Source: Eledone cirrhosa (taxonomy: Eukaryota). From it: a DNA stretch of 64,000 bases. The translations under genes and the position numbers were made by a program. Positions 1 through 12,799 of this stretch are shown here, piece after piece. The stretch covers positions 383,532,001 through 383,596,000 of the forward strand of contig OZ024740.1 in the NCBI GenBank assembly GCA_964016885.1, read 5' to 3'. Positions within the stretch are counted from its first letter, which is position 1. Every line of letters begins with the position of its first letter. A model generated the notes under the pieces. It saw only the letters and a program-made list of their open reading frames with translations. It made no database searches and was not told the DNA's origin.

Positions 1-859
1 TGTTGTCAAAATGGCATGGGTGTGCCAAAATATTTGGTGTTACTAATTTTTAGATTACTTTTAATAAAGAATCTAGTAATGCAATTTTTTTACCATTGTA
101 AATATTAAACGATTGGTGAGACTATGTTACTGGTTTGTAAACGGACTTTTATGATGTTTATACTTTTTCTTGTCAGGAAAAGTGCCTATTAGGAAATCTG
201 TCAAATCAAATTTATGCTTTTGAATATTAATTATACAATTGACCGGTGGAAAATGTTTCCATGCTAAACTGTATCAGAGACGATTAAAACATATCGAGGG
301 TGAAATTTGAAAGAAAGTAAAAAGACGTATTTAAATACCTCTATATTTTGTTGGAAGCTTTAAGTAATTTGACATTCACAGCCCTTTCCAATTTACTAAT
401 AATCTACCTAATCTTTTCTGAACTACGTTTATAAAATGTATACAATGAAAGATGACACATATTTCAGGATGTAAGTAATCAATTTGATTATTCCTTAATA
501 TTTAACGATGTCATTTTCATATTAATAGGAATAAATGAATATATTGGATATATCTTAGGAGGTAACTTTAAAGGAATCATACTAATTTGTATATGTGCGA
601 AAAAACAACTACAATACCACACTGTACGAACAGGTTATTGAGAAAAATATTCACATATTGTGCATCGAAAAAATGATTTCATTAAAGTAGTATCTTTTCT
701 TGAAATTCTTGAGGTTTTGATATCGAGAGGGATCAAATTTGCCATCTATCATTCTAGCGCTAGCAAAAAAATAACATATAAATCCCTAATCAATTTAATC
801 AGCTTTATATATTTGCTTGTAAATATATATCTATTTGTATGCCTGCACATCTAGGTATG

Positions 860-2975
860 TTCTTCTGGTATTATAATTTCACAAATGTTTGCCAATAGAG
901 AGACTGTCTGTTTGTAACATGGTAAGTCTCTCTCATTGGAATTTACACAACATCAACTACGTAGATATGTATGCATGTGTGTGCAGGTATGGATATTATT
1001 GTATGTGTGGATGTGGATATTTTGAGTTGTATCTGTACATGTGCAGTTATTAGGTGCAAAATGTTTGGAATGTTTTACATATTTTTACTGTTCCATTAAT
1101 GGATTGTACTTGTAATTTCCTAGCTAGTTGTGTTCTTTCTGTTTCTGTGAAGCCCAGCTTCTCAAGATTTGTATTGAGGCAGTTACTAACGTATCCCACT
1201 GCCACGATAATCTAAGGCAGAAATCTGAAGGTATAGTCAGGGCGGAGTATCTGCAGATTTCTAATTAGTTCTGCATAAATATTCTCCTTTTTACTAATCT
1301 TTGATATTATATTGGCATCTGCTACGCCACTAACTTCCACTAATGAGCATGCCTTCTTTTCCCTGTCCCATATCATTATATCTGATCTGTTATGCCTGCA
1401 TTCTATTGGGGTTTATGCTGGAACATTCCACCAGTACTCTTTCATATTATGTATATGTATGTCTTCCACATTACTGTAGCTTTTCATGTGTTTTTTATCG
1501 GGGCTATCTTTTCTACGGATTGCATTGTACAGTGTTTGGCCACTACAGCATGCCTTATAGGTAGATAGTACCGCGATGACATCTTTGGACATCTACTTAT
1601 GACATGGGTGACATCTACGATGTTAATGCTGCAGAGTCTGTACTTGTCACATCTAGGTGTTTTGCCTGCATCCCTATCTCTTTTGTGAATCAGGTAATTT
1701 GTGTTGATTTTTTAATCTTGGATTGCAAAAGCGTATCCTTCAAAGTGGGAGACAATATAACAGTTGTCGGTCCAAGATAGACTATTTTGTTTATCTATAT
1801 TACTCCTACTCTGGAGCTTCCAAGCAACATATCCATACATGATTTTTTGCTGATAAGCATGCAGCTTTTCATCCATGGATTCACTGCGGTACTGCTGAGC
1901 AACTTCCCCGGGTGTGAGTTTTTGATTATCACACAGAGGATATTTTTCAAGGAGTTCCATCCCAACTCGGATGATGTTATCTGTCTCATGCAGATAGACT
2001 TGCTCGTGTGACGGGCTCCTACACTTCGAGGTTCGTAGATGTTGTCGGAGGGATATGATGCGTCATTCAAATCATGTCTGGTCTGATGTTAGGTCTCAGC
2101 CTCTCTGCTTACGTTTTAAGTAGAGGCGGTCTATGTCACTGTTGATGTGGAAGTTTCCGGTGTTGTTTAGTATTTTTCGAATCGTAACATCAATTGCTCG
2201 GATTTCATCTATCGCCCAATTGAGTATTCCAAACGTTGGTGTTAGGACAGGCACTGCAAACACATTGTGAGTCACTGTTTTATTGCGCTCAGAATGTTCC
2301 GATGATCAGATCTTTCTTAATTGGGTGTAGTATTCCCTGGTTACGCGTTCTTTATTATAGTTACGATTATAGGATGTGTTCTCATCTATCCTCAGGTATC
2401 TGTACCAATCCTCATCAGATATCGGTGAAACAGTTAAGCCATTGATAACAATGTTGCTAGATGGGATTATTGTTTTTTCCACGTTTTACAGTCATATATG
2501 AACATTTATCTTGGCCAAACTCCCTTCCTATATCTTTGAGAATGCTGTAACCAGGTCAGGATTTTTCTTCATCCCATCTATGTTCTTGGCATAGAGTTTC
2601 AGATCATCCACAAAGAAATTATGGGTTAGGTTCATAGTTCTGTCCTCTTGTGAGCCAATGATGCATCCTTCACATTTCTTGAGCAAAAAGGACAAGGGGT
2701 TTAATGACAGGATAAATAGTATCACTGAGAGACTGTCTCCTAGAAATATACCCCTGTGGTATTCTACGCTATCAGTGAAATTAGAGTCCTTCTTCTCTGT
2801 TTTTAATTTTAGGATCGTAGTTATGTCTCTGATAATAATGTCTGGAACTTTAGCAAGTCGGAGGGCCTCTATCAGCCAAGAGTGGGGAACATAATCGAAA
2901 GCTTTCCTGTAGTCCACACAGACCGTAACTATGTTCCTCCTAAGTTGTCGCACCTCCGACATCGCAGTTTTGTTG
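860..2975 (-). mobile_element. R4/Dong-clade non-LTR retrotransposon (RT + restriction-like endonuclease), 5'-truncated, degenerate; Dong family A copy 1
   Basis: ORF pieces DYRKAFDYVPHSW, GIFLGDSLS, FFVDDLKLY (RT) and SHFEGYAFAIQD; RLE region near 1100-1450; TATG-like sequence at both ends; many frameshifts. Confidence 0.88.
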
Positions 2976-2991
2976 TATGTAGGTATGTATG

Positions 2992-5900
2992 TTCTTCTGG
3001 TTTTACAATTTCACAATTTTTTTTTCCCAATAAAGAGAGAGTCGGTTTCTAACATAGACACAAGACTCTCTCATTGGAATTTACACAACATCAACTAGGT
3101 TGATTATGTATGCATGCATGTGTAGATATGGATGTTATTGTATGTGTGGATGTGTATGTTTTGAGTTGTATGTGTACATGTGCATATGCTTTGCATCTGT
3201 ACATGTGTATATGCATGCAGTTATTAGATGCAAAATGTTTGGAATGTTTTACATATTTTTACTGTTCCATTAATGGATTGTACTTGTAATTTCCTAACTA
3301 GTTGTGTTCTTTCTGTTTCTGTGAAGACCAGCTTCTCAAGATTTTTATTGAGGCAGTTACTAACATACCCCAGTGCCCATATAATCACAGGCATAAATCT
3401 GAAGGTGTAATCAGGGAGAAGAATCTGCAGATTTCTCATCAGATCTGCATAAATATTCTCCTTTTCGCTAATCTTTGATATTATATTGGCATCTGCTGAG
3501 CAGCTAATTTCCACTACTGTGCATGCTTTCTTCTCCCTGTCCCATATCATAATACCTGGTCTGTTATCCCCTTCATTTTATTGGGGTTTTTACTGGATGT
3601 CTTCCACATTGCTGTAGCTTTTAATGTGATTATTATCAGGGCTATCTTTTTCACGAACTGCATTGTACAGTGTTTTGGCCACTACATCATGCCTCATAGG
3701 TAGATAGTACCGCGAGGACATCTTTGGACAACTGCTGATGACATGGGTGATATCCTCAATGTTAGTTCTGCAGAGTCTGCCCTTGTTATCACATCTAGGT
3801 GTTTTGCCTGCATCCCTATCTCTTTTATGAATCAGGCATTTCGTGTTAATCTCCTGTTCTTGGATTGCAAAAGCGTATCCTTCAAAGTGGGAGCCAATGT
3901 AGCGGTTGTTGGTCCAAGATAGACTACTTTCCTTATCTGTATTACTCTCACTCTGGAGCTTCCTGGCAACATATCCATGCATAATTTTTTTGATGATAAG
4001 CATGCAGTTTTTCATCCATGGATTCACTGCGATACTGCTGAGCGACATCCCTGGGTGTGAGTTTTTGATTATCACACAGGGAATATCTCTCGAGGAGTTC
4101 CTTCCCAACTCTGATGATGGTATCTGTCTCATGCAGATAGACTTGCTCGTGTGACGGGCTCCTACGCTTCGAGGTTCGTAGATGTTGTCGGAGAGATATG
4201 ATGCGACATTCAAATGGTGGCTGGACTGATGTTAGGCTCTGCCTCCCTGCTTACGTTTCAAGTAAAGGGGGTCTATGTCACTGTTGATGTGGTAGTTTCC
4301 GGTGTTGTTTAGTATATTTCGAATTCCAACATCAACTGCTCGGATTTCATCTATCGTCCAATTGAGTATTCCAAATGTTGGTGTTAGGACAGGCACATCA
4401 AACACATTGTGAGTCACTGTTTCTGTTTTGCGCAGAGAGTTCCGATGACCAGATCTTTCTTAATCGGGTGTAGTATTCCCTGGTTACGCGTTCTTTATTA
4501 CAGATACAATTATAGGATATGTTATCATCTATCCCCAGGTATCCGTAGCAGTCCTCATCAGATATCGTTGAAACATTTAGGCCATTGATGACAGTGTTGC
4601 TAGATTAGGTTGTTGCCCCCCCCCCCTTTACAGTCATGTATGAGCATTTATCTTGGCGAAACTCCATTCCTATATACTTTGAGAACGTTGTAACCAGGCC
4701 AAGATTTTTCTTCATCCCATCTATGTTCTTGGCATAGAGTTTCAGATCGTCCACAAAGAAATTATGGGTTAGGTTCGTATTTCTGTCCTCCTGTGAGCCA
4801 ATGATGTATCCCTCACATTTCTTGAGCAGAAAGGACAAGGGGTTTAATGACAAGATGAATAATATTACAGAGAGACTGTCCCCCTGAAATATACCCCTGC
4901 AATATTTTATTTTATCAGTGAAAATAGAGTCCTCCCTCTTTGTCTTTAACCTTAGGATAGTATGCCAAGAAGAAGACAGCCTTTCTATCGTTCTGACAAT
5001 AATGTCTGGGGCTCTAGCAATTTGGAGGGCCTCTATCATCCAAGAGTGGGGAGCACAATCGAAAGTTTTCTTGTAGTCCAGCCAGTCTGTAGCCATATTC
5101 CTCCTAAGTTTGCGCACCTCCGACATCGCAATTTTGTTGATTAGGAGTTGTTCAGCACATCTCCAAACCCCTATTTTTCTAGCTGCTTCGTATACATCTT
5201 ATACATTTGTTCTGGCATGCAATGGGTCGGTAGTTTTTTGCCAAGTGGGTGTCTTTGCAAACAAACACAAAAAAAAACTCACTCCTCGCCAACGAAGAGT
5301 GAAAAATAAAATAGAGACGATGTTTGGTAACAGTAGAACCAGAACTCTTTAATATAAGCTGATCACCCTCAAACAAGAATTGAGAGCTGTTAGCGAAAAA
5401 CGCCGATACCTGAAGAGGTAGATGAGAGAAAAGTGATTAATAAAAGATTCAGACGAAACCAAACATCAGTCTATAGAGATATGAAGAACAAAAGTTTGTT
5501 TCCATGTAAGGAGCATTGTCACATATCCTATGGTTTTTTCGTAGGTCAGCAATCTTTTTTTCTATTTTGGTATATTTGGTGGTGTTCTGTTCTTGATAAT
5601 ATATCTGCTATCACCAAAATAATGCTTCACTGTCGTTGCTAAGGCATATAAACAGGCGTTTATTTGCCAAAATGTTGGGGGTTTTACCTGACGTAAATAT
5701 TTATCCCCTATTTCGTCAAAAGCACGTTATCTTTCATTATTTGGGTTTTTTATTACGGGGTTGATAAAATAAATTACCAGTAATTCACTGGATAATTGTA
5801 GGCCTTGTGCCTAACGTAGAAACAATTATTTGTTTTTTTATTAAATATTGTCGTTTTAATCTGTTTAGAAAGAGAGATATTTATACATGAATTTATTTCT

Positions 5901-6758
5901 CTCTGGAACATTTCGTTGAGGGAAATTTTCAATTGTTTATAGTTTTGATTATTATCATTATCGATAGTATTTTCCTCAACAGTCGAGGTAGACTCGGATG
6001 GTACACGTGGTGTCAAATTTCTTCGATTATTATTATTATTATTTCTTCGATTATGATTATTATCGATAGTGTTTTCCCTAGCATTCGAGGTAGACTTGGA
6101 CGGTACAGATGGTGTCAAATTTCTTACAGGCATAGTTGTTTCAAGGCGCTGTTCGACCTGGCTGCTAGGAACTCTAGTAGCATGGCGACCTGTAGCACGT
6201 GTTGTTGATAACATGTTTGTTGTGGGGGACTTACAATTAATACTATTCATATTATGTTTACGTTCAACAAACGTCGCTTGTTGGCGTAATTGTTTCGCTG
6301 TGAAATAATTTAACTCTGGGTGCATTCCATCCCAGTGTAGCTTCATTCTGTTCATATAGCCAATAGAGGGATAATTTGTTGGCATTTTATAACAATTAAA
6401 TAAATCATTATTAATTTCGCAACTCCAAGTGAAATGCGATTTATAAGTTCGGTCTCTTCTGTAGCTACAACTGAATAAAGTTTGTTTACCTTTCTTGTTA
6501 TTTGTCTTCGATACTTCCTTAATTTTGTTGTTGATGTTGTGTTTAGCCTTGCTGTTTGTAGCAAATCCATGTAAAATGAATTATGTATTTAGTCGGATAT
6601 CTCTATGAATTCGATTAAAAGGTGTCTTCAGAAGATATAGTTAGAAGAATAACCAGTTATTCAACAAGACTTTAGTTGTGGCATTACTGTCGGAATAGTA
6701 TTCATCTTAAATTTAATAAATAGTCTCCCACGCCAAAATATGCGACTGATCGCGTTGA
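2992..6758 (-). mobile_element. R4/Dong-clade retrotransposon, Dong family A copy 2, near full span with internal deletion/inversion
   Basis: RT (GIFQGDSLS, FFVDDLKLY), CCHC (RLCRTNIEDITHVISSC...RHDVV), RLE (IWDREKKACTVVEISCSADAN). N-terminal region WDGMHPELNYFTAKQLRQQA at 5774-6385. An inverted piece lies at 5270-5515. (TATG)n on both sides. Confidence 0.85.
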
Positions 6759-6818
6759 ATGTATGTATGTATGTATGTATGTATGTATGTATGTATGAAT
6801 GTATGTATGTGTGTATGT

Positions 6819-7224
6819 AGAGATGACCCCTTAGCCTTTGTCAAGGGAGAATTCTAGGAGAAGGAAAACTCTGATATAACACCTGCAACCCTGATGGTAT
6901 CCAATGATGTTGACTTGTTCTTCTTTTTGGTAAATATCATCTTGGTTAAGAGAGTGGGATTGGCTTTGTGCAGTGCCTTTGCTCACTATAAAAGCCTCAC
7001 AGCACAGGCATTGCTTTATATCTGGAGATCTCTCTGCACTTGTCGTCACATGGTACAATGGGCCAAGCACTATATATCAGTAATTGTCACAAGTGTATTG
7101 TTTGTACCAGAGTTTTCAAGTCGCTGGCTGGACTAAAAAGTCACTCGTTCAGCGCATCGGTAGGGGTTCTCCTACATGGATATAAAGTAGTGGCCGTACT
7201 CGAAAACGTGTTGGCAGCCACCAT
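6819..7224 (+). mobile_element. Bipartite non-autonomous RTE-derived retroelement (5'UTR part + 3' end) with (TATG)n tail
   Basis: RTE-type 5'UTR motifs CTAGGAGAAGGAAAACTCTG and GAGAGTGGGATTGG...CAGGCATTGC, joined to a C-terminal zinc-finger remnant CIVCTRVFKSLAGLKSH and a GGCCGTACTCG...CAGCCACCAT(GTAT)n end. Confidence 0.7.
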
Positions 7225-7280
7225 GTATGTATGTATGTATGTATGTATGTATGTATGAATGTATGTATGTATGTATGTAT

Positions 7281-9603
7281 GTTATCTCTTTCTCTTAATT
7301 TCGAGTATATTGTTTTTGACCGGCCACCTTCCTGGTGGCAAGGTTATAAAAAAAAGAAATTGTCATCCTTTGAATCGCAAGAATATTTTGCAAATGTTGA
7401 AGGTGCCAGCTATGGCAGCCATTTGTGGACTATGAATAAGGGAGATGCGCTTTTTGTCCGCAAATCCAAGTTCAGTCATAATTTGGTCCAAGCGGGTTGT
7501 TATATAACCCGTAGCTCCAATAATGATGGGTATGAAGCTAAAGGTGTATCTTGGATACTGGATTTGTAAACTCCTCATCAATGGTCCGTAGATGTCCTCC
7601 TTCTCCTGTATTTTTCTGACAAAGTTTGCATCAAGTGGGTAGCTGATCTCCACAACAGAACACGTTTTCAATGTGTGGTCCCAAACAACAATATCAGGCC
7701 GGTTTTGCTTTAATTTGGTGGCAGTTTTTATTTTCAGGTTCAACCAGTATTCCTTAGTGCCATCTGTCTCAATATATTCTTCCTCGTTTGTTGTTAATTT
7801 TGTTTTCCGAAGTGCGTTCCAGATGGTTCTAGCTATCCCATCGTGTCTCATGGGAGGTAGTAGCGAGATAACATTCTTTCGCAGCTGGCAACAATGTGGC
7901 TTACATCCTCGATCTTTGTTTTACATAGCCTACATTTATTGTCAGCTGCTGGCCCTCCTCTTTTGTGCAGCAGATATTTGGTAGGGAGTTCTTGTTCCTG
8001 TATTGCATAGAGATATCCCTCAAGGTGTGATGTCATAAACTTGTCGGAACTCCATGCCAGGCTTTTTTAGTGGTTTATCCCCTCTATGTCTGTGTTTTAC
8101 GCCTCAAGTATCCATGCACAACTTTTTCTGTAACTTGGTCAATTTTGTTTATCTTGTTTGAACATTGAATAGGATCTTCCGATTTCTTTGGGTGAGAGAT
8201 TTATATCAGGCTTTATTCCATATCTCTCCTCCAGATCAATCGCTATTCTAATGATATTTTTTTTTTCATACTCATAAACCTGGGCAAGATGGTTGCCAAC
8301 CTTTTTCCTCTGTTGAAGGTGTTGCTTAAGTGTTACTATCCGGGTCTCATATGTTGTTAATATTGATTTTAGACCCCGGCCACCTTCCTTGCGTGAGAAG
8401 TATAGCCTATCCACATCATCATTGATGTTAAAGTTCCCAGTAACACTGAGAAGTTTTCGAGTTCTAACATCCATCTCACTTAGTTCTTGCAATGACCAGT
8501 TCAGCAGGCCAAATGTTGGCGTTAGAACTGGCATAGCATAAGTATTGTGGGCAATGTATTTGTTGTATGGTGACAGTTCTGATGACCATATTTTCTTTAC
8601 TCTTCTGAGGTATTCAGTTCGGGTTCTCTCCTTATTTATGGTCCATCATATCTGACATTCTCATCCTGTCCAAGATATCTGTAGTTGTCACCTGACTGCA
8701 GAGGTTGTATTGTCAGGCCGTTCATCTCTAGATTTCTAGAGGAGGGCACAGCTCTTCCACGTTTTACTGCCAAATATGCACACTTGGACTCACCAAATTT
8801 CATTTTGATGTCGGTTGAAAATTGTGTAATGAGGTCCAATTGTTTCTTGATGTCATTGATATTTGGCCCATACAACTTCAGGTCATCAACAAAGAAAAGA
8901 TGGGAGATACTTCTGGGCCCACTTCTTTGTCCATCTTGTTTCCTGAGTAGGTAAGATAGTGGATTCAGTGAGAGAACGAAGAGTAGCACTGACAAGCTAT
9001 ATCACCCTGAAAGATGCCCTTCTGGTAATGTATCTTATCAGTCTTAACCTGCTCCTTCTCACCTCTAAGGATCAAATTGGTGTACCAGTTCTTGGTCAGG
9101 CGTTCAACAGCAGCTACCAATGGTTGTGGGAATTTAGCTAACTGTAAAGCCTTAATAATCCACCCATGAGGTACACTATCAAATGCTTTTTGATAGTCCA
9201 GCCACACCATAGTCATGTTTCTGCGATTCTTTGTTGTTTTTTCCTGAATCACTTTGTTAGTTAGTAGGTGATCTATGCAACCCCACACCTCCCTCTTTCC
9301 ACCAGCTTGCTCAAGTGTTATGATGTTGTTGGTAGCACAGTGATCCTGTAAGAACAGGTTAAGGCACCCAGTATATAATTTATACATGATGTTTTGGCAG
9401 GCAATTGGGCGGTAATTTTTAGCAAGGGTGTTTTGGCTAATTGGGGAATGAGGAGAGTAGTGGCAGTTGATAACCATCTGGGCAGTTCTTGAGTGCCTTT
9501 AATGGTTTCTGTAAACAGCCGTATGAGATCTTGCCGATAGAAGGTGAAATTCTTCAACCAGTATCCTGTAATGTGGTCTGGGCCTAGCGATTTCCTATTC
9601 GAC
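7281..9603 (-). mobile_element. R4/Dong-clade retrotransposon, Dong family B copy 1, 5'-truncated
   Basis: NYRPIACQN, DYQKAFDSVPHGW, GIFQGD, FFVDDLKLY, CRLCKTKIEDVSHIVASC, NRPDIVVWD...VEISYPLDAN; flanked by (TATG)n. Confidence 0.9.
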
Positions 9604-9708
9604 ATGAATGTATGTATGTATGTATGTATGTGTGTGTGTATATATGTATATGCATGTGCTTTGAAATTACTATTCTGTGTTCGATTAGTATTTATGTATG
9701 TATGCACG

Positions 9709-9719
9709 TATAATATATA

Positions 9720-9810
<91 letters not shown>
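9709..9810. repeat. (TA)n microsatellite
   Basis: Direct reading. Similar arrays occur at 11.0, 35.5, 41.7, 43.4, 43.8, 44.1, 48.1, 49.6, 49.8, 53.8, 54.7 and 63.2-63.7 kb. Confidence 0.99.
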
Positions 9811-11016
9811 CGTGTGTGTGTGTAAGTTTATGGGTTCTGTATTGTATTTATATGTTATGTACGACATGACCGATGAGTACTTGCAGATCCGTTACAGTGA
9901 CATGTATTCAGTTGTGCCCCTCTCCATTCTGCAAGAGCGGAATAAACAGTATATATTTCCGCTTAAATACACTATTATATTTATTTTACTATAAGCTATA
10001 CTACACAAAACATTTTGTTGGAAAATATTTCTGAAAACAAGTAAATATGTCTTCAAAATACATCTTAAATTCCACCTTAAAATCACGCACAAAGCAATTT
10101 CCAACAAAAATAAGGAAAGGATAAAACCTATTAAAAAATTTTTTTAAATTATTAAACCATAAACTAAAAAGAAGCGAAATCAATTTCAAATCAAGATTCA
10201 AAATCGAAATGATGCTGTACACAACCCAGCTTCTATTGTTTTATGCAATGATTTATTACATGAAATAACAAATGATTTATGAACACGAGAGCAAGTTCTC
10301 AATCTCCATATGGGGGAAACTTTTGAACTTTGGCATTCAGGCTTTTCTTAAGTCCATTAAAATTGTACGCAAAGTATCTTCAATAGCTGCAACAGGGAAT
10401 CAAGTCTGGTTCGTGGCCTCTCGATTATCACCGATAAACTTAAATCGACATATTCAAGTAAAGTAAACTTCTGAATCTGAGTAAACCGTTAATAACAAAT
10501 ATTCCGAAAGGATGTGTTATAGTTGAAGAAATCTAATTAACATGAGGAACGGTCCAACGGGGAAAAGTGAGAACAGTTCCTGTGCTACAGTTTTGTATCC
10601 TGAAAGCAGATTCTTTTAAAAGTGGATTTTAAGTGAAAGAGAGTTAAGATGGAAGGTAGACATGCTCAGAAACAAGAACAATCAGAAACAGCATATGTGT
10701 ATGCGTTTGTTTGTATGTGTCTAAATGTTGGCATGAGTGTGACTGTTGTGGTGTGTGTGCGTACGTGAGGAACGATACGGTGGTGTAATAATACACATGT
10801 GTCAGAAGGGATCCATTAGAGGATATTTATTCTAATATTGATATTTAAGGTAAGAGAGACCCGATTCGTTGATTAGACTTTCCTCACGAATTTGTCCACT
10901 AGTGAATCTCAATTATGCTAAAGGATTGGTCAATAATTCAGATGGGGGTGAGGAAGAAGGAAAATATAAGGTAGGGACATTTACGTTAGGGGAGAGGTAC
11001 ATATATATATATATAG

Positions 11017-11054
<38 letters not shown>

Positions 11055-11058
<4 letters not shown>

Positions 11059-11995
11059 GAATAGAAGTAAACATACACGTACACCAGGTCCGAACACAGG
11101 AGAGCCGTCTCCCACTATCACCGCATCCGTCTCTCTCACTATTATGAGCTAATGGCGCCCCACGCGTTGGATGCCCCATGGCCCCGGTGGATAGAATAGA
11201 GAAGGCGTTTCCCCGGAACATGGTCAGGGAGATGCGCTGGAAGAGCCATTCCATCTTGGGTGATTCACACCTGCGCCTAGCCAGCTCAGTGCCATTGGGG
11301 GTGAGTAGGAAGGTAGCCCTAGGGCCAAGGACACCAGAAGACTCCACTGCTAAGAAACGCGGCCGACACTTAGAAAGTCTACCCTCCTCAGCCCGAAGTG
11401 CAGCCTGGCTTAGTCACTGACTGCACCAGGTTGCCACTGGAGAAAGTATCGCTCAATATGGCATCCCAGACGAAGGGTTTACCACAGCGGAACGGGAATA
11501 TTTTCATGGGGTCTAGCCTTTTGCCGTCCCCTCGGTTCAGCCACACCGGCTCGAGCTGCAAGGGGAAGCCTGCAGCATCCAAGCCATGCTTTGTGACCTC
11601 GCTGATAACAGCATGGCGTGGAAGGTGGCTGGCACTGTAGCGACTGTAAAGAGGGTGGAGGATGAAAGAGTCTACGGTGGACCCGTGGTGACATATGTCT
11701 GGCTCGCATATCCAGAGGCCCAGCCTCATGGAAATCCCAATGAGCAGATTGTTCAAATGCGTGCCACAAGAAAACCAGAGTAATTCATAGAGACAGGCAC
11801 TGCCGTATGGTTGCGAGGCCGAGAGAAAACATGCAAGGCGGTGCTGCTCGAGCTGGTGCGCTAGCCTGTAGGAGGTTAGGTTGCACTGGATGACATCCCA
11901 TATGATCTGAAGGGACTTGACGTTAACAGGGGGAGAAGCAGAAGGGACGTCTACTGGGCTGAGTCCGAGCTAGTTCCATGTCTCACGGGCGGCCT
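11055..11995 (-). mobile_element. CRE-clade (RLE-type) non-LTR retrotransposon 3' fragment
   Basis: RLGLWICEPDICHHG...RHAVISEV...LEPVWLNRGDGKRLDP...GKPFVWDA and ESSGVLGP...FQRISLTMFRGNAFSIL; 3' end abuts (TA)n. Confidence 0.8.
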
Positions 11996-12335
11996 CACAT
12001 TCCTCGAACACAGTGGGTTCCATTTTGTTTTAGAGAACCTTGTTTATGAGGACGCGGCAATAGGTTACCGACGAAAGAAACGCCGGCAAAACCAGCGAGA
12101 CCGGGACCGGAGGCCAGTCCATGGTGTAATACTAATACGAAAAATAAATAAGAGAAAGTGAGAGAAGTGGGGAGGTATAATAATGGTATGTGGCTCGTGT
12201 AATTAAAATGTTGAGCTCTACATTTGGCGATACTAGGCCAGATGAGAAGAACATCGAAACGTTGTATACTAAAATGGTGTGTCAATCAACGCCTAGCTTA
12301 GTCTATATATGGTAAATTTCAGTTTTTGTTTTTAG

Positions 12336-12405
12336 ATTAAGTGTGTTTCGTTGTTGGAAGTACTATAAAAATGATAAGAATCTTAGAATGTGGTCGAAAC
12401 GCCAG
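12336..12405 (+). CDS. Possible host internal exon (LSVFRCWKYYKNDKNLRMWSKRQ)
   Basis: Acceptor TTTTTGTTTTTAG, donor CAG|GTAAAG, only one open frame, phase-compatible with the exon at 12746. No homology recognised. Confidence 0.3.
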
Positions 12406-12745
12406 GTAAAGTTGTGATTACAAACATGCAGGGTAACGATAGTGAGAAAGTGTTAGCGATTTCAGGTTACTAAAATCTACTGGGCAAAGGTTCTGGTGAG
12501 AATGACATCATATTTGTCAAGTGTAAAGGAAGTGATCAGGAATAATGGTTTCTAGACATTAGTCGGGGCAAGTTTTTCTTCGGTACATGTCTCCCTGAAA
12601 TGTTAAAATGTGCCGGCAGGCCCACTAGATTATTTAATCTTAGAAATTTAGTTAATAGATTTTTGTCGATGCAGTTTATTGCCAGTTTTCGAGAAAGCTA
12701 CAGTCATATATTCTGAAGTTCTCTATATCTTTTTTTTTCTCACAG

Positions 12746-12799
12746 GATTCACAGGAGGTATTTGAAATTACACAAACAGAAATGACATTGCAAATGTAG
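12746..12799 (+). CDS. Possible host terminal coding exon (DSQEVFEITQTEMTLQM*)
   Basis: Strong acceptor TTTTTTTTTCTCACAG; in frame with the 12336-12405 candidate; ends in TAG. Confidence 0.3.
   Translation, partial: DSQEVFEITQTEMTLQM

Noticed and set aside
12240-12265. CAGATGA-GAAGAACATC-GAAACGTT hammerhead-like motif
   Set aside because: Core mutated, 2-bp stem II, no stem I.
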